Assembly (NCBI GenBank): GCA_030625885.1
Contig: DAOUPZ010000020.1
Location: forward strand, 3,728 to 67,727
Source: Clostridia bacterium
GTDB taxonomy: Bacteria; Bacillota; DAOUPZ01
Reading direction: 5' to 3'
DNA length: 64,000 nucleotides
Positions 29,060 to 38,993 of this stretch are shown here, in pieces; positions within the stretch are counted from its first letter, which is position 1; the number at the start of each line of letters is the position of its first letter. The notes under the pieces were generated by a model, which did not search any database, was not told the origin of the DNA, and worked only from the letters and a program-made list of their open reading frames with translations. Position numbers and translations under genes: made by a program.

Positions 29060-29456
29060 TGCCTAACACCTCTGCTTCCTTTTCCAGAATAATAGCAATT
29101 CTAGCTTCCTCATTCGGATAATCTTCCGGGTCAAGGCCAAACTCCTTGATTAGTGCCTCCTGGCCTTCTCGTTTCATGGCCCGAATAGCGGTCTTGGTGA
29201 GCTTTTCAACTTGTGTTCCCTCGTCTGCTCCCGTCTCTTCGGTTTTTGCCTGTTCCTGGCTCGTCCCTGCGGTTTTTGGGGTGTTATCCCCTTCCTCGTT
29301 CTCCTTCGACGCTCCTGGCAGTTCCTGGGTGGGTTCAAAATATTTATCTCTGTAATATTCGGGTACGTCCTTCTCGTCATACTCAATGCCACTACGAAAG
29401 ATTACCCCGCCGCCGATATGCAGGGTAGTCTTTTCGCATAATTTTAAAGTTGCCAT
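29052..29456 (-). CDS. Head-module hypothetical protein with acidic disordered linker
   Basis: 134-aa ORF downstream of the capsid gene. Confidence 0.45.
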   Translation of the reverse strand: MATLKLCEKTTLHIGGGVIFRSGIEYDEKDVPEYYRDKYFEPTQELPGASKENEEGDNTPKTAGTSQEQAKTEETGADEGTQVEKLTKTAIRAMKREGQEALIKEFGLDPEDYPNEEARIAIILEKEAEVLGNE

Positions 29457-30412
29457 TATAAGTTATCCCCGATCATGTATGCAACCGCGTCTATCTCTCT
29501 AATAACGCAATCTAAGTATGCGTGTAAGATATGATATGTCGCGTCTTTCTTTGCACACAATGGCCCTACACCTGTTCTGACGTATTTCAATTCGCGGGTA
29601 AATACAGGCTTTAAGTTTGACATCGGCGTTAAACTTGCAAACCCACTTTGAAGATCGGCAACCACTTCTACTTTGTAACCACCAATCTTTTTCAAATCTC
29701 CATCCACTAAAATAGCGTCGCCGCCTGGTGTTTGTCTAGCTGAAAGTTCAGCTACTAATTTGTCGTATGTCCCCTGGGATAAGAACCAAGTAATATCTGT
29801 TCGGTACCGGTTCTTGTATTTCTCCGGCAATAACTGAAGATGCTGCATAAAATGATTAATTGTTGGTGCCTCAACTCCAATGTCTGTAACATGGCTAGAG
29901 GCCTTCATCTTCTTAACAAACCCGTCTAAAATCTTTAAGAAGTCTTGATCCGGACCTGCTCCGGCTTCTGTATCCCCATTGAAAATAAGGTCCTGCAAGT
30001 CTACTCCGAATTGCTCCTGGATCATATCAATAAGAGCTGTTTCAACATCCTGCCCTCTTGATTGTAGCGTATACCAAACATCATCATTCTTAATCCATTC
30101 ATCCCAAAATACCTTATGTACGGAATATGAGATTTGACCTTTGCCTGTCCCATCGGTTACGTTATCAACGTCAGTGGAAGTAATATCCGCGTCAACTTCG
30201 CGTATCTTTCTCCGGCCAACATTCAATGTATCAATCTTTCCGGCGGGAGTTTTACGGAATATTGGTTTTAATTTTGGCAGCGTACTAGACTTGCCAATGG
30301 TATCCCGCAAAAACGCCTCTGAATCGCCGCTCGGCATTTGAACGCTAACGTCTTTTTGGATAAAAACCAATGCGTCACTTTTGTTAATAATCTCTTCGTT
30401 TGTAAATGGCAT
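29456..30412 (-). CDS. Major capsid protein
   Basis: 318 aa, directly after the XkdF-like protease/scaffold gene and before the connector genes. Confidence 0.7.
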   Translation of the reverse strand: MPFTNEEIINKSDALVFIQKDVSVQMPSGDSEAFLRDTIGKSSTLPKLKPIFRKTPAGKIDTLNVGRRKIREVDADITSTDVDNVTDGTGKGQISYSVHKVFWDEWIKNDDVWYTLQSRGQDVETALIDMIQEQFGVDLQDLIFNGDTEAGAGPDQDFLKILDGFVKKMKASSHVTDIGVEAPTINHFMQHLQLLPEKYKNRYRTDITWFLSQGTYDKLVAELSARQTPGGDAILVDGDLKKIGGYKVEVVADLQSGFASLTPMSNLKPVFTRELKYVRTGVGPLCAKKDATYHILHAYLDCVIREIDAVAYMIGDNL

Positions 30413-30439
30413 TTCTCTTCTCCTCCTTTTCTTTCAGCC

Positions 30440-31693
30440 CTATTGTTGAGCTGCTTTTTGAATGGTCTGAATGTAACTCTTAGTGGTTACTTGGCCCGGC
30501 GTTCCTTCCGGTGGCGTTTGCTGCTTTGATACGTTGCGGGATTGCTCCATTTTCTCAATCCGCTCCGTAAGTGGTGCAACCGCTTTTTCAACAGCTTCTG
30601 TAATAATTTCCGCATCTGTTTTCTCAACTTCGCCTGCCGGATCTCCTTCTGTTCCTGGCTCGTTCGCTTTCTCTAATGCATCAAGCCGCTTAGTAACAGG
30701 TTCCAATGCTGCTTCTACTGCTTTGGTAATGTCCTCTGCCTTCATAGTCTCCTCACCCTCCTCTTCTGTGTTAGCTTCTATCAACCCGCCTAAAGTCTCA
30801 TAAGCGGTTTGTATAGCTTTCATATTAATTGCTGAAATGGTTTTCCCAGCTTTTTCAACATATGCTTTTTGCACTTCTTCCGGTGGTTTCCCGATGGATT
30901 TCAAAACCTCATCCGCTAATAAAAGGTCTGTAACAATCTTGTTAAAATCCTCTAATGCAGCTTTGATTTTTTCCTCATCAGTCTCCCATTTTGCCTCCCA
31001 ATCCCATGAGTCCCACTTTTCAAGTAGATCGGCTAACGTGTAAAAAGCTGTCCAAAAGTTACTGCCTTTAATCCGGCGTTTGTATTCATCCTCCATCTCG
31101 CCTTTCGCAACAGGTGCAATCCCAAACGCTTTTTGTATAGCGGTAATGATCTTTTGACTCATGCTTTTTTCCACTTCATCCAGATCAACGTCCTCTTCAG
31201 AACGCTGCGCTATACCGCCCATACTGTACCCGGTGAGCTCTCCTTTCTTGATGTCGTCCCAAATATCGTCGTTGTCAACTTTAGAGGACATCATCCAGGT
31301 ACCTTTCTTAATCTCCTGGTCGCCAATTGTTTCATCGGACTTCGTGACCCAACTTTCAACGACACTTACGCCTTCTGCCGCCTGAAAATTATGCTGTATA
31401 TCATTCTCGCCTTTGTTAATCATGAACTGATGAGCCGCCTTCTCAATACATTCCTCAGTCATATAATCACCCTGGCTATCCTCTACCATTGGCTCATAAA
31501 CAACCGCTGTAACAATCCGCTGTTCTTCGTCTACCTTGACAATAGGAGCATACGTCCCAAAGTTGGATCCGTTCTCGCTCTTAATAATGGCGAATTGCTT
31601 TCCATTGGCTGCCTTATCAACCAGTGAGACAAATGTTATATTTGCATTGGTAAGCTCAGTTGCTTTCCTAATTTTTGGCATTTTTAAATTCAC
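30440..31693 (-). CDS. XkdF-like prohead protease/scaffold fusion
   Basis: N-terminus 'ITFVSLVDKAANGKQFAIIK' is XkdF-like. The C-terminal half is a helical, acidic, scaffold-like region. Confidence 0.6.
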   Translation of the reverse strand: MNLKMPKIRKATELTNANITFVSLVDKAANGKQFAIIKSENGSNFGTYAPIVKVDEEQRIVTAVVYEPMVEDSQGDYMTEECIEKAAHQFMINKGENDIQHNFQAAEGVSVVESWVTKSDETIGDQEIKKGTWMMSSKVDNDDIWDDIKKGELTGYSMGGIAQRSEEDVDLDEVEKSMSQKIITAIQKAFGIAPVAKGEMEDEYKRRIKGSNFWTAFYTLADLLEKWDSWDWEAKWETDEEKIKAALEDFNKIVTDLLLADEVLKSIGKPPEEVQKAYVEKAGKTISAINMKAIQTAYETLGGLIEANTEEEGEETMKAEDITKAVEAALEPVTKRLDALEKANEPGTEGDPAGEVEKTDAEIITEAVEKAVAPLTERIEKMEQSRNVSKQQTPPEGTPGQVTTKSYIQTIQKAAQQ

Positions 31694-31767
31694 CTCCTTT
31701 CACCAAAAGCATATAAAAACAGCACCCTTATTTTAAAAGGTGCTACTTTCTACCAAATGTATTTTTA

Positions 31768-32682
31768 TTAAGAAAGACCGGCCAAAACTTCCTGCCTAAT
31801 TTGTTCTTTCTCCTCGGGTGTAAGCTTTATTATATCTGGATCCACAACAGGACCCATGGTGCAGTGACACTTAATACGCTCACCAGCTGGTAAGGTCGTA
31901 TCCCTGGGATAATCACAATAGTAGGTTCCTCCATCTGCTCCTACTAATGCAAATTGTTCCTCAACCTCAACTTCCTGCCCATCCATATCCATATGGTTCT
32001 CACGTGGTTCAATCGCTTTTGTACCGCTGTGCTTCCATTTCTTTTTCTTAACTGCCGGCGATTGCAAAAAGCCTTCATACTGTGCTACCGAATGAGCGGT
32101 TAGTATCTCGGTTATAGCTGTTGTCCTGGCTCGCTGCCGATCAAACTGTGGCAGGTCCTTAATGTTATTTATAACTGTATCTATTCCGTCCCCTGCTTCA
32201 ATTGCCCGTGTAAATTCTTTCTCAATAGCTTCATGGCTGTGAAGCTGCATAAGATTACCTAACTCTTCGGACCATTGCTCAATCCATATTATCGTTCTAC
32301 CTGATAGTTCCTCAAAAACCACCTCCTCGTCAATGTCATCCATAACTATACCCGCTATCTGCCCTACTGTAAGCTCAAGTATATCCTGTGTATCAATACT
32401 TAGCTCTTCCGAAAACTCATCTGCTGCAAATAAATCCTGCTTAACGTAATTGAAAATATCTTTAATGCTTGAATCATCATCTTTGCCTATGTAATCCTTT
32501 ATCCCATCTGCAAAGCGCTTTTTCTGGGCTCTAAGGCGCTTTGCTACCTTCTTCTCATACTCGTTTATCGCATTGATAGTCTCATCAGGTGCAATAAAAT
32601 CTTCTAAAAGCTCTTCTAATTCCTCATCATCGGCTTTTGTAATTTCGTTGATTGCAGCAATAACCTGGTCTATCTTACTCAT
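31768..32682 (-). CDS. Head morphogenesis protein (SPP1 gp7 / Mu F family)
   Basis: 'RARTTAITEILTAHSVAQYEGF' motif. Start set at the ATG of the ATGAGTAA overlap with the portal stop, with a GGGGG RBS. Confidence 0.7.
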   Translation of the reverse strand: MSKIDQVIAAINEITKADDEELEELLEDFIAPDETINAINEYEKKVAKRLRAQKKRFADGIKDYIGKDDDSSIKDIFNYVKQDLFAADEFSEELSIDTQDILELTVGQIAGIVMDDIDEEVVFEELSGRTIIWIEQWSEELGNLMQLHSHEAIEKEFTRAIEAGDGIDTVINNIKDLPQFDRQRARTTAITEILTAHSVAQYEGFLQSPAVKKKKWKHSGTKAIEPRENHMDMDGQEVEVEEQFALVGADGGTYYCDYPRDTTLPAGERIKCHCTMGPVVDPDIIKLTPEEKEQIRQEVLAGLS

Positions 32683-34291
32683 GGTCACTGCCCCCAATTT
32701 CTTCAAGCACATCCCTGGTGTCCTTCATAACATTAACCATAGCTTTCATAATTCCAACTAACTCAATGCCCTGACTGCTTGGTTCCTCCTGGGCCTTACT
32801 GATAACCGTTTCGGCTGCCTTAATCAGTCCCTCCGGTGTCTGTGGCTGCTGGGGTTGGCTTAATAACCGCTGCATTTCAAGCGGTATATCGCCCCATTCT
32901 TCCGGGAAATTATCAAGTGTTTTCTTAAGTATCCATGAAAGGATTTCCCGCGCATCATTAGGTGTAACGCCTCCGGCCTTTATAACTACTGAAAGTATCT
33001 TATACATATCATCGGGGTTAGAAAGGTCCGGTCCTTTGATGTGCGCTTCAACATGCTTAAATTCATATTCTGCTAAAAGGACGTTGTTGATAATCCATTG
33101 CAGCTTTTTACGCTCCGGAATAAATACTTGCTTTTCCGTTATTTCAATTGCCGCTTCTGCTGTGGCCCTGTTAAAATCTCTCGTATAACCAACATACAAA
33201 TCCGGAAGGTTAAAAGCTGATTGTGTTTTCTGCCTGCTCTTGTCTTGGTATTCTAAAAACAAGGCATCATTCTGCAGCATAGCAGCTAAGTCCTTAATTT
33301 CAATATCAGCCCGGTTTGCTTTGCTGTTTACGTCAATTTCTTCTTCATCCTCGCTGCCTTCAACCTCAAATAAGAGGAATTGATGTGCGTTGTCAGCTCC
33401 TTTTACGCTGTTCATATACGCCTGCAAATCTGCAAATGAAGCATCTGATAACGTCCCATTCTTCACCATAATCGCCATTGGAACGTGCCGCCCGTTAATG
33501 AAGTAATTAAAGTTTAAATTCTCTGCCAGCCTGGATCCTTCAACGTGTATAGATTGGCCTATCCAACGCGGTACACCATATGCGCCCTCACCAATCTTAA
33601 GCTGCAATATCTCATTCGCTTGTTCTTCTGGCAGCGTGTTATCGTCGTACTTACCTGTCTTATAATTCATAATCCTGGGGTCGCCAAACTGTTTAAAATA
33701 TACTTTTTTACTGCTGGTCCCATTTATCTCCTGAACAAAATATCGGAACCGTTTATGTATTGTTCGGTGCTGTCCGTACCTAACCACCTCAACAGGGATC
33801 CTATCCCCAAGCTTTGACACCTTAATGTATTCCGGGTCAACGTACTCACCACCCACAACTTCCCCAGCTGCATTGCGAATAATTTCTAAATACCCTGCTG
33901 CTGTTTTTTCCCGGTCTTTGATAACCTTCTCTAAAAGCTCCGAGAATGGCATATCAAAGTTAAAGTATTTAATAATCTCGTCTAATCTATCCCATTCAGC
34001 TTTCATTTCCGGTGTCTCTTCTCCGGCTGTATCATCATCCTTATACCGAACCTCAATACCGAACCCCGGTATATTGCTTTCGTAGGCCCTAATACATTGT
34101 GGCAGGATGGTTGAATGGTCCACTACTTGCCTAACTGCTGCAACTGGATATATCGGCTCAATAATATCTCTGTACCCTGTTTGTTTTTCCTGCTCTGCTG
34201 TTGCATGTTCCGCTTTTGATATTAACGCTTCCCGCCTTACTCCTCCATCGGCTTTTATAACCCTGGTTGTAATCTTATTTGCCAAAATCAC
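32675..34291 (-). CDS. Portal protein
   Basis: 538 aa, between the terminase large subunit and the morphogenesis gene. Confidence 0.8.
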   Translation of the reverse strand: MILANKITTRVIKADGGVRREALISKAEHATAEQEKQTGYRDIIEPIYPVAAVRQVVDHSTILPQCIRAYESNIPGFGIEVRYKDDDTAGEETPEMKAEWDRLDEIIKYFNFDMPFSELLEKVIKDREKTAAGYLEIIRNAAGEVVGGEYVDPEYIKVSKLGDRIPVEVVRYGQHRTIHKRFRYFVQEINGTSSKKVYFKQFGDPRIMNYKTGKYDDNTLPEEQANEILQLKIGEGAYGVPRWIGQSIHVEGSRLAENLNFNYFINGRHVPMAIMVKNGTLSDASFADLQAYMNSVKGADNAHQFLLFEVEGSEDEEEIDVNSKANRADIEIKDLAAMLQNDALFLEYQDKSRQKTQSAFNLPDLYVGYTRDFNRATAEAAIEITEKQVFIPERKKLQWIINNVLLAEYEFKHVEAHIKGPDLSNPDDMYKILSVVIKAGGVTPNDAREILSWILKKTLDNFPEEWGDIPLEMQRLLSQPQQPQTPEGLIKAAETVISKAQEEPSSQGIELVGIMKAMVNVMKDTRDVLEEIGGSDHE

Positions 34292-35769
34292 TCACCCCCA
34301 TATAGGCTTTTGTGTCTCTTTTTACCCTGCTGCTTTTTCTTCTTTAATATCTGTTCAACCAATGCTGCAAGGCCAGTACAGGCATCCGGAGCATCGTCAT
34401 GTTCATTCTTACCCATGGCCGTGTACGATGTCAGCTGTTTCATAAACATATCGTAATGACTACCGGGTTGATACTCACCCTTTTCCAAAAATACAAAATG
34501 CTTCTTAATGAACCCGGCTTTCATAATGATCCGGGTTTCTTTGTTCTGCATATTGGGTATCCATTTGATGCTGCTATATCCCCCTTCATCAACAAGCTTT
34601 TTCACATTCCTGGCATAACCCTTACCACCATTATTACTCTCAAACACACACAATTCGCACTCTGTATCTAAGATGTTTTGTGCAACTAACCCTTCCGTAA
34701 CTTCTGCAGGTTGTTGAGAAAACACAATGTCTGTAATATAAATCTTCTCTGTAAAGAGCTTACCTATAGGATTGGCCAAAAAGTCTGTTCCCTCATCTGC
34801 AACGTCCGTATAACCAACTATAGCTGCAGGTTTCTTCCCCTCTATCTCTGCTGGCTTAAAGTATTGCAGCTCTTTGGGTGGGTACAATAGCCCCTTGATA
34901 TCAACCGGTTCCTGATGATAATTTGCTCTAAAAATCTCTGGGACCATATTCGATTCCAAACTTTTATATGATCGATAGGAAAGCAGCTCATTACAAAGCA
35001 TTTTCCCATCCTGGTATGCTTCAAGCTTTAATACATACCACTCATCTGCTTCCTCACCATCCAGGATCCTACCACATATATCTTTACTGGCCCACCTGGT
35101 CATATTAACAATCTGTATCCCGCCTTCTTCAAGTCGAGAAAGAAAGGTGCCCGTATACCAGCGCCATATTTTCTCTAGGGCCAGTTCATTGAGTGCTGTT
35201 TCCGCATCTTTTACCGGGTCATCAACTATTGAGCAGTTGCAGCCCTTTCCAGTAATACTCCCCCCAACACCTGCGCCCTTATAGCTGAAGAACTGTCCAT
35301 CGAGTGCCCATTGATGATAACTGGCATTCCCTTGTTTAACCTTTGAATCAGGGAAAATATCAGTATACACAATTTCATGAGGATATGTTTTATCATCCAT
35401 AATCCCATCGCGCGTATACCTTGAAAAATCAGTTGCCAGATCATCATTATAGCTACAGGTGATAATTCTGTTTTCAGCGCTTACTCCCAAACACCACTCA
35501 CAAAATAAAATAAGCGTTCGTGATTTACCGTGTCTTGGCGGCATATTAATCATCAAACGCTTATAAGGTGTGTTATCCGGTTTTAACAGCTTTCCTTCAT
35601 ACAAAGCCTGCAGGGTCTTGCATAAATGTTTTAGATGAACCCTGCTTTCTTTATAAAAGTCCGGAGCAAGTGTTGTGCAAAACTGCCAAAATGATTCTCT
35701 CGCCCTCCGGATCCTTTTTTCTCTTTTAAGTGCAAGTACCCTTTCTTTTTGCTGCCTATCATTTTTCAT
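34288..35769 (-). CDS. Terminase large subunit
   Basis: 493 aa with Walker A-like 'PPRHGKS' and a C-terminal nuclease-like acidic motif. PBSX-type organisation. Confidence 0.85.
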   Translation of the reverse strand: MKNDRQQKERVLALKREKRIRRARESFWQFCTTLAPDFYKESRVHLKHLCKTLQALYEGKLLKPDNTPYKRLMINMPPRHGKSRTLILFCEWCLGVSAENRIITCSYNDDLATDFSRYTRDGIMDDKTYPHEIVYTDIFPDSKVKQGNASYHQWALDGQFFSYKGAGVGGSITGKGCNCSIVDDPVKDAETALNELALEKIWRWYTGTFLSRLEEGGIQIVNMTRWASKDICGRILDGEEADEWYVLKLEAYQDGKMLCNELLSYRSYKSLESNMVPEIFRANYHQEPVDIKGLLYPPKELQYFKPAEIEGKKPAAIVGYTDVADEGTDFLANPIGKLFTEKIYITDIVFSQQPAEVTEGLVAQNILDTECELCVFESNNGGKGYARNVKKLVDEGGYSSIKWIPNMQNKETRIIMKAGFIKKHFVFLEKGEYQPGSHYDMFMKQLTSYTAMGKNEHDDAPDACTGLAALVEQILKKKKQQGKKRHKSLYGGE

Positions 35770-36250
35770 ATTTACTCAACTCTTTTTCGAGTTCATCATC
35801 TGTCATATACGATAGATTGATATTATTATCCACCGAACCACTATGCTCAATATTTTTTTGGTCTTTCCATTTGCCAGGCCGCAGGTTTTTAAGCGCAAAT
35901 ATCAATGCTGTTGTATCCGGTGCTAGGAATTTTGTTATTTTCTCTACCCGCTTTTTCTTTTTCCCATCTTTATCTTCTTCGATATAGGTTTTTACTTCTT
36001 CGTATTCAAAGCCCATACCACGCTTATAAAGTGATTCTTCCATCTCTTGTACTAAATCTTCCTGTCCCTTTTTTAAGGCTGCCGAAAACGCCGAAAACTC
36101 ATCTTTATACTTACGAAAAGATGAGTAAGCTACCTTTAATTTCTTTGCAATTTGCTCTTCCGTCAGGCCATCTTTACGCCAATAAGGTATCTTATCTAAA
36201 TACGGCTCCACATGGGTATAATATTTACTCCTCCTTCCTCCTTTCCCCAC
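35759..36250 (-). CDS. Terminase small subunit
   Basis: 163 aa with N-terminal HTH 'LTEEQIAKKLKVAYSSFRKYK'. Overlaps the TerL start. Confidence 0.7.
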   Translation of the reverse strand: MGKGGRRSKYYTHVEPYLDKIPYWRKDGLTEEQIAKKLKVAYSSFRKYKDEFSAFSAALKKGQEDLVQEMEESLYKRGMGFEYEEVKTYIEEDKDGKKKKRVEKITKFLAPDTTALIFALKNLRPGKWKDQKNIEHSGSVDNNINLSYMTDDELEKELSKYEK

Positions 36251-36455
36251 TGCTCATCACCACCTCTGTTACAATTCTTTCAAAAGCTTTTCAAGTTCAT
36301 CAAAGCTAGTGCTGCTAAATATAAGCTGCAGTTTCTTGATTTCCGACTCAAATATTTTCTCTATCTCTTCAAAATCAGTTTCGGGGTCAGATTCGCATCC
36401 CTGATTTACTATCTCCCACTTTTTTGTCCACCTCCCCCTAAAGGACCTTTACATT

Positions 36456-37694
36456 CTAGCCACTAACGTCCTTATAACAATACTTCTTGCCATCTCTTAA
36501 GAGAAATACTTCTTTATCACTAGAAGTTTTCTCAATATACCTTTTTACAATCACATCTACATACCTTTCATCCAGCTCCATCATCCTGCAAACCCTATTA
36601 GTTTCCTCACAAGCAATCAGTGTGCTACCGCTTCCTCCAAACAAATCAAGTACCACATCATCCATTTTACTACTGTTCTTTATCGGATAAGCAACAAGTG
36701 GTACTGGTTTCATAGTAGGGTGAATATCATTTCTAAACGGCTTATCAAACTGCCATAGTGTTGTTTGTTTTCGATCCGCATTCCAATAATGCGCTGCTGT
36801 TGGTTTCCAACCATAAAGTACAGGTTCATGCTGCCAATGATAATCTTGCCTTCCCATTACCATTGATTGCTTGGCCCATATGCAGCATTGAGCCAGCTTA
36901 AATCCTGCTTCAGTAAAAGCCTTCCTAAAATTTAAGCCCTCACTATCTGCATGAAAGACATAAATTGCTGCACCATCTGCAGCTGCTTCATACATTCTCG
37001 TGAAGGCTTCAAGTAAGAATTTATAGAAATTTGCATTGTCCATCTTATCATTTTCAATCTTTAAGGCATCCTTAGTTTTACCTGTATAGTCTACGTTGTA
37101 TGGCGGATCCGTTACAATCAGATTCACTTTCTTTCCATCCATAAGCATCAAAGTATTATCTTTATTCGTACTATCTCCACACATAAGCCTGTGCCTGCCA
37201 AGCAGCCAGATATCACCTTTCTGTGTAATGGGCTCTGTTATTTCCTCAAGCGCTTCATCAATATCAAAATCATCATCTTCTACTTCCTGAGGATGATACT
37301 CTTCCATCATATCTTCAAACTCTTTCATATCAAACCCAGTAAGCTCTAAATCATAATCACTCAATTTCAGTTCTTCCAGTTCATTTATGAGCTGTTCATA
37401 ATCCCACTCAGCTATCTCTCCTGTTTTATTATCTGCTATCCGATACGCTTTTGCTTTCTCTGGTGTAAGGTCGCTTGCAACAATCACGGGAATTTGGGTA
37501 AGACCTAGCTTCTTCGCTGCTTTGTATCGTGTATGGCCAACAATGATCAAATTGTCTTTATCTACAATTACCGGGTTTTTAAAGCCAAACTCTTTAATGC
37601 TCTCAGCCACTTTATCTACTGCTTTATCATTCTTTCTCGGATTATTCTCATATGGTTTTATTTGAGTTATATCCACAAGCTGTATCTGTTGCAT
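36456..37694 (-). CDS. ParB-like N-terminal domain fused to a DNA methyltransferase (DPPY motif)
   Basis: 'IKPYENNPRKN...GHTRYKAAKKLG' is a ParB/Srx-like domain. 'LIVTDPPYNVDY' is motif IV of N6A/N4C methyltransferases. No cognate nuclease is adjacent. Confidence 0.8.
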   Translation of the reverse strand: MQQIQLVDITQIKPYENNPRKNDKAVDKVAESIKEFGFKNPVIVDKDNLIIVGHTRYKAAKKLGLTQIPVIVASDLTPEKAKAYRIADNKTGEIAEWDYEQLINELEELKLSDYDLELTGFDMKEFEDMMEEYHPQEVEDDDFDIDEALEEITEPITQKGDIWLLGRHRLMCGDSTNKDNTLMLMDGKKVNLIVTDPPYNVDYTGKTKDALKIENDKMDNANFYKFLLEAFTRMYEAAADGAAIYVFHADSEGLNFRKAFTEAGFKLAQCCIWAKQSMVMGRQDYHWQHEPVLYGWKPTAAHYWNADRKQTTLWQFDKPFRNDIHPTMKPVPLVAYPIKNSSKMDDVVLDLFGGSGSTLIACEETNRVCRMMELDERYVDVIVKRYIEKTSSDKEVFLLRDGKKYCYKDVSG

Positions 37695-37713
37695 TTTAAT
37701 TTCACTCCTTTTG

Positions 37714-37743
37714 GGTAAAAGAAAAAGAGCCGGGTTGGCTCTT
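37714..37743 (-). terminator. Terminator after the 46-aa peptide gene
   Basis: Minus strand reads AAGAGCC-AACCC-GGCTCTT followed by TTTCTTTT. Confidence 0.6.
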
Positions 37744-37757
37744 AAAATACAGTCATT

Positions 37758-37898
37758 CTATTGTGTAACTGCATCTGTTATTTGATCATTTACTGCTGTT
37801 GGAAAAGCTCCACCAGAAACGTTATCCAAATCTTTTTCAGTTAATTCTTTTTCATTTTCCTTTTTTATTTGTTCATATTTCTCTAGTTCATCAGTCAT
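37758..37898 (-). CDS. 46-aa peptide with double-glycine-type leader (not in the ORF track)
   Basis: Own translation gives MTDELEKYEQIKKENEKELTEKDLDNVSGG/AFPTAVNDQITDAVTQ. RBS GGAAGGGGG lies ~7 nt upstream and a dedicated terminator lies downstream. Confidence 0.5.
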   Translation of the reverse strand: MTDELEKYEQIKKENEKELTEKDLDNVSGGAFPTAVNDQITDAVTQ

Positions 37899-38003
37899 GA
37901 TACAACCCCCTTCCTCTTTTTCTCGAATTCATTTATATACTTTGACAAAAGGAAGAGATTTCCTGCTTACAAAACAAAAACCACCCTTTGGATGGTTCAT
38001 ACA

Positions 38004-38201
38004 CTAATTCTCTTTCATTTGCCGAGATAAGCAATTATATTCATTTAATGCAAACCCTAACTGCTTATAAGCATCTACGAATTCTCGAACAGAGAACTCT
38101 TTTATCTTTTTCAGTTGAATCAGATTGTTATGTAATAATTGAATCTTTTCAAATCTTTCTTTTAATTCTTGCAACCTATTTCCCTCCCCTCTTATAAACA
38201 A
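38004..38201 (-). CDS. Hypothetical protein
   Basis: 65-aa helical ORF. No recognisable motif. Confidence 0.35.
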   Translation of the reverse strand: MFIRGEGNRLQELKERFEKIQLLHNNLIQLKKIKEFSVREFVDAYKQLGFALNEYNCLSRQMKEN

Positions 38202-38356
38202 TACGATTATTTGTCATATTTTACGGTTATTTGACGTATTTTATCGAGAGGCGGGCATCCGGGATAACCCCGAACTCTAATTTCTATTCATCTATGTTAA
38301 TATCATATCATAATTACTCGTCAATACTCGGGAACAATTCGGGAAAAACTCGGGAA

Positions 38357-38893
38357 TTATTTTTGAATCCTCAAACTCTTTGCAACCTTCTGTACAAAAG
38401 CATTCCTACGGTATCGGACTGTACTTTCATCCATCCCCAATGCTATCCCGACCTGAATATTGCTCCGCTTATATAAATACTTTTGCTCTGCTATGTTTCT
38501 TTCTTCCTCATCCAACAATCCCAAGGCAAACTCAATCCCATCCATCTCAGCTTCCAACTTCATGATCCGCATCTTAAGTTTAATCTTTCTTCTTATTAGC
38601 CTAGCCAATTCATCCTGCAAGTCCTCAATCGACTTATGATGCTCATCGAATCTTCTTACTGTTGGATCCCCAGTTATTCCTTTGCCGGTACCACCTACCA
38701 TACACATATAATTACCAATAACACCGAATGAGGGGATAAGTTCATCCGCATCCATCAAAATAAGTCGTATATCCTGTATATGTTTCTCTGTAGTTTCCAA
38801 AGCCTTTTTATTCCTCAAAAGCCCCTCTTTTTTTCGATAGTAATTATACAGCATACGTTCTGTCTTTTTGAAAACTGTTCCTTCCAAGTCCAT
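38357..38893 (-). CDS. Late-gene transcription regulator with sigma-70 region-4-like HTH (ArpU/RinA-like)
   Basis: C-terminal 'EEERNIAEQKYLYKRSNIQVGIALGMDESTVRYRRNAFVQKVAKSL'. Positioned upstream of the packaging genes. Confidence 0.5.
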   Translation of the reverse strand: MDLEGTVFKKTERMLYNYYRKKEGLLRNKKALETTEKHIQDIRLILMDADELIPSFGVIGNYMCMVGGTGKGITGDPTVRRFDEHHKSIEDLQDELARLIRRKIKLKMRIMKLEAEMDGIEFALGLLDEEERNIAEQKYLYKRSNIQVGIALGMDESTVRYRRNAFVQKVAKSLRIQK

Positions 38894-38993
38894 CCCCTCC
38901 TGATGTCTAACTCAAACATGTCAAAAGGGAACTGTATTACACAGTCCCTTTTCTAGTTCATCTTCACCACTCTAAATGATCTGTCATTTAGCC

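Noticed and set aside
36251-36455. Gap between the methyltransferase and TerS containing a ~60-codon acidic frame (..WEIVNQGCESDPETDFEEIEKIFESEIKKLQLIFSSTSFDELEKLLKEL)
   Set aside because: There is no in-frame start codon after the preceding stop. A start would require a shift in the A6 run. I cannot distinguish a sequencing indel, recoding or non-coding sequence.
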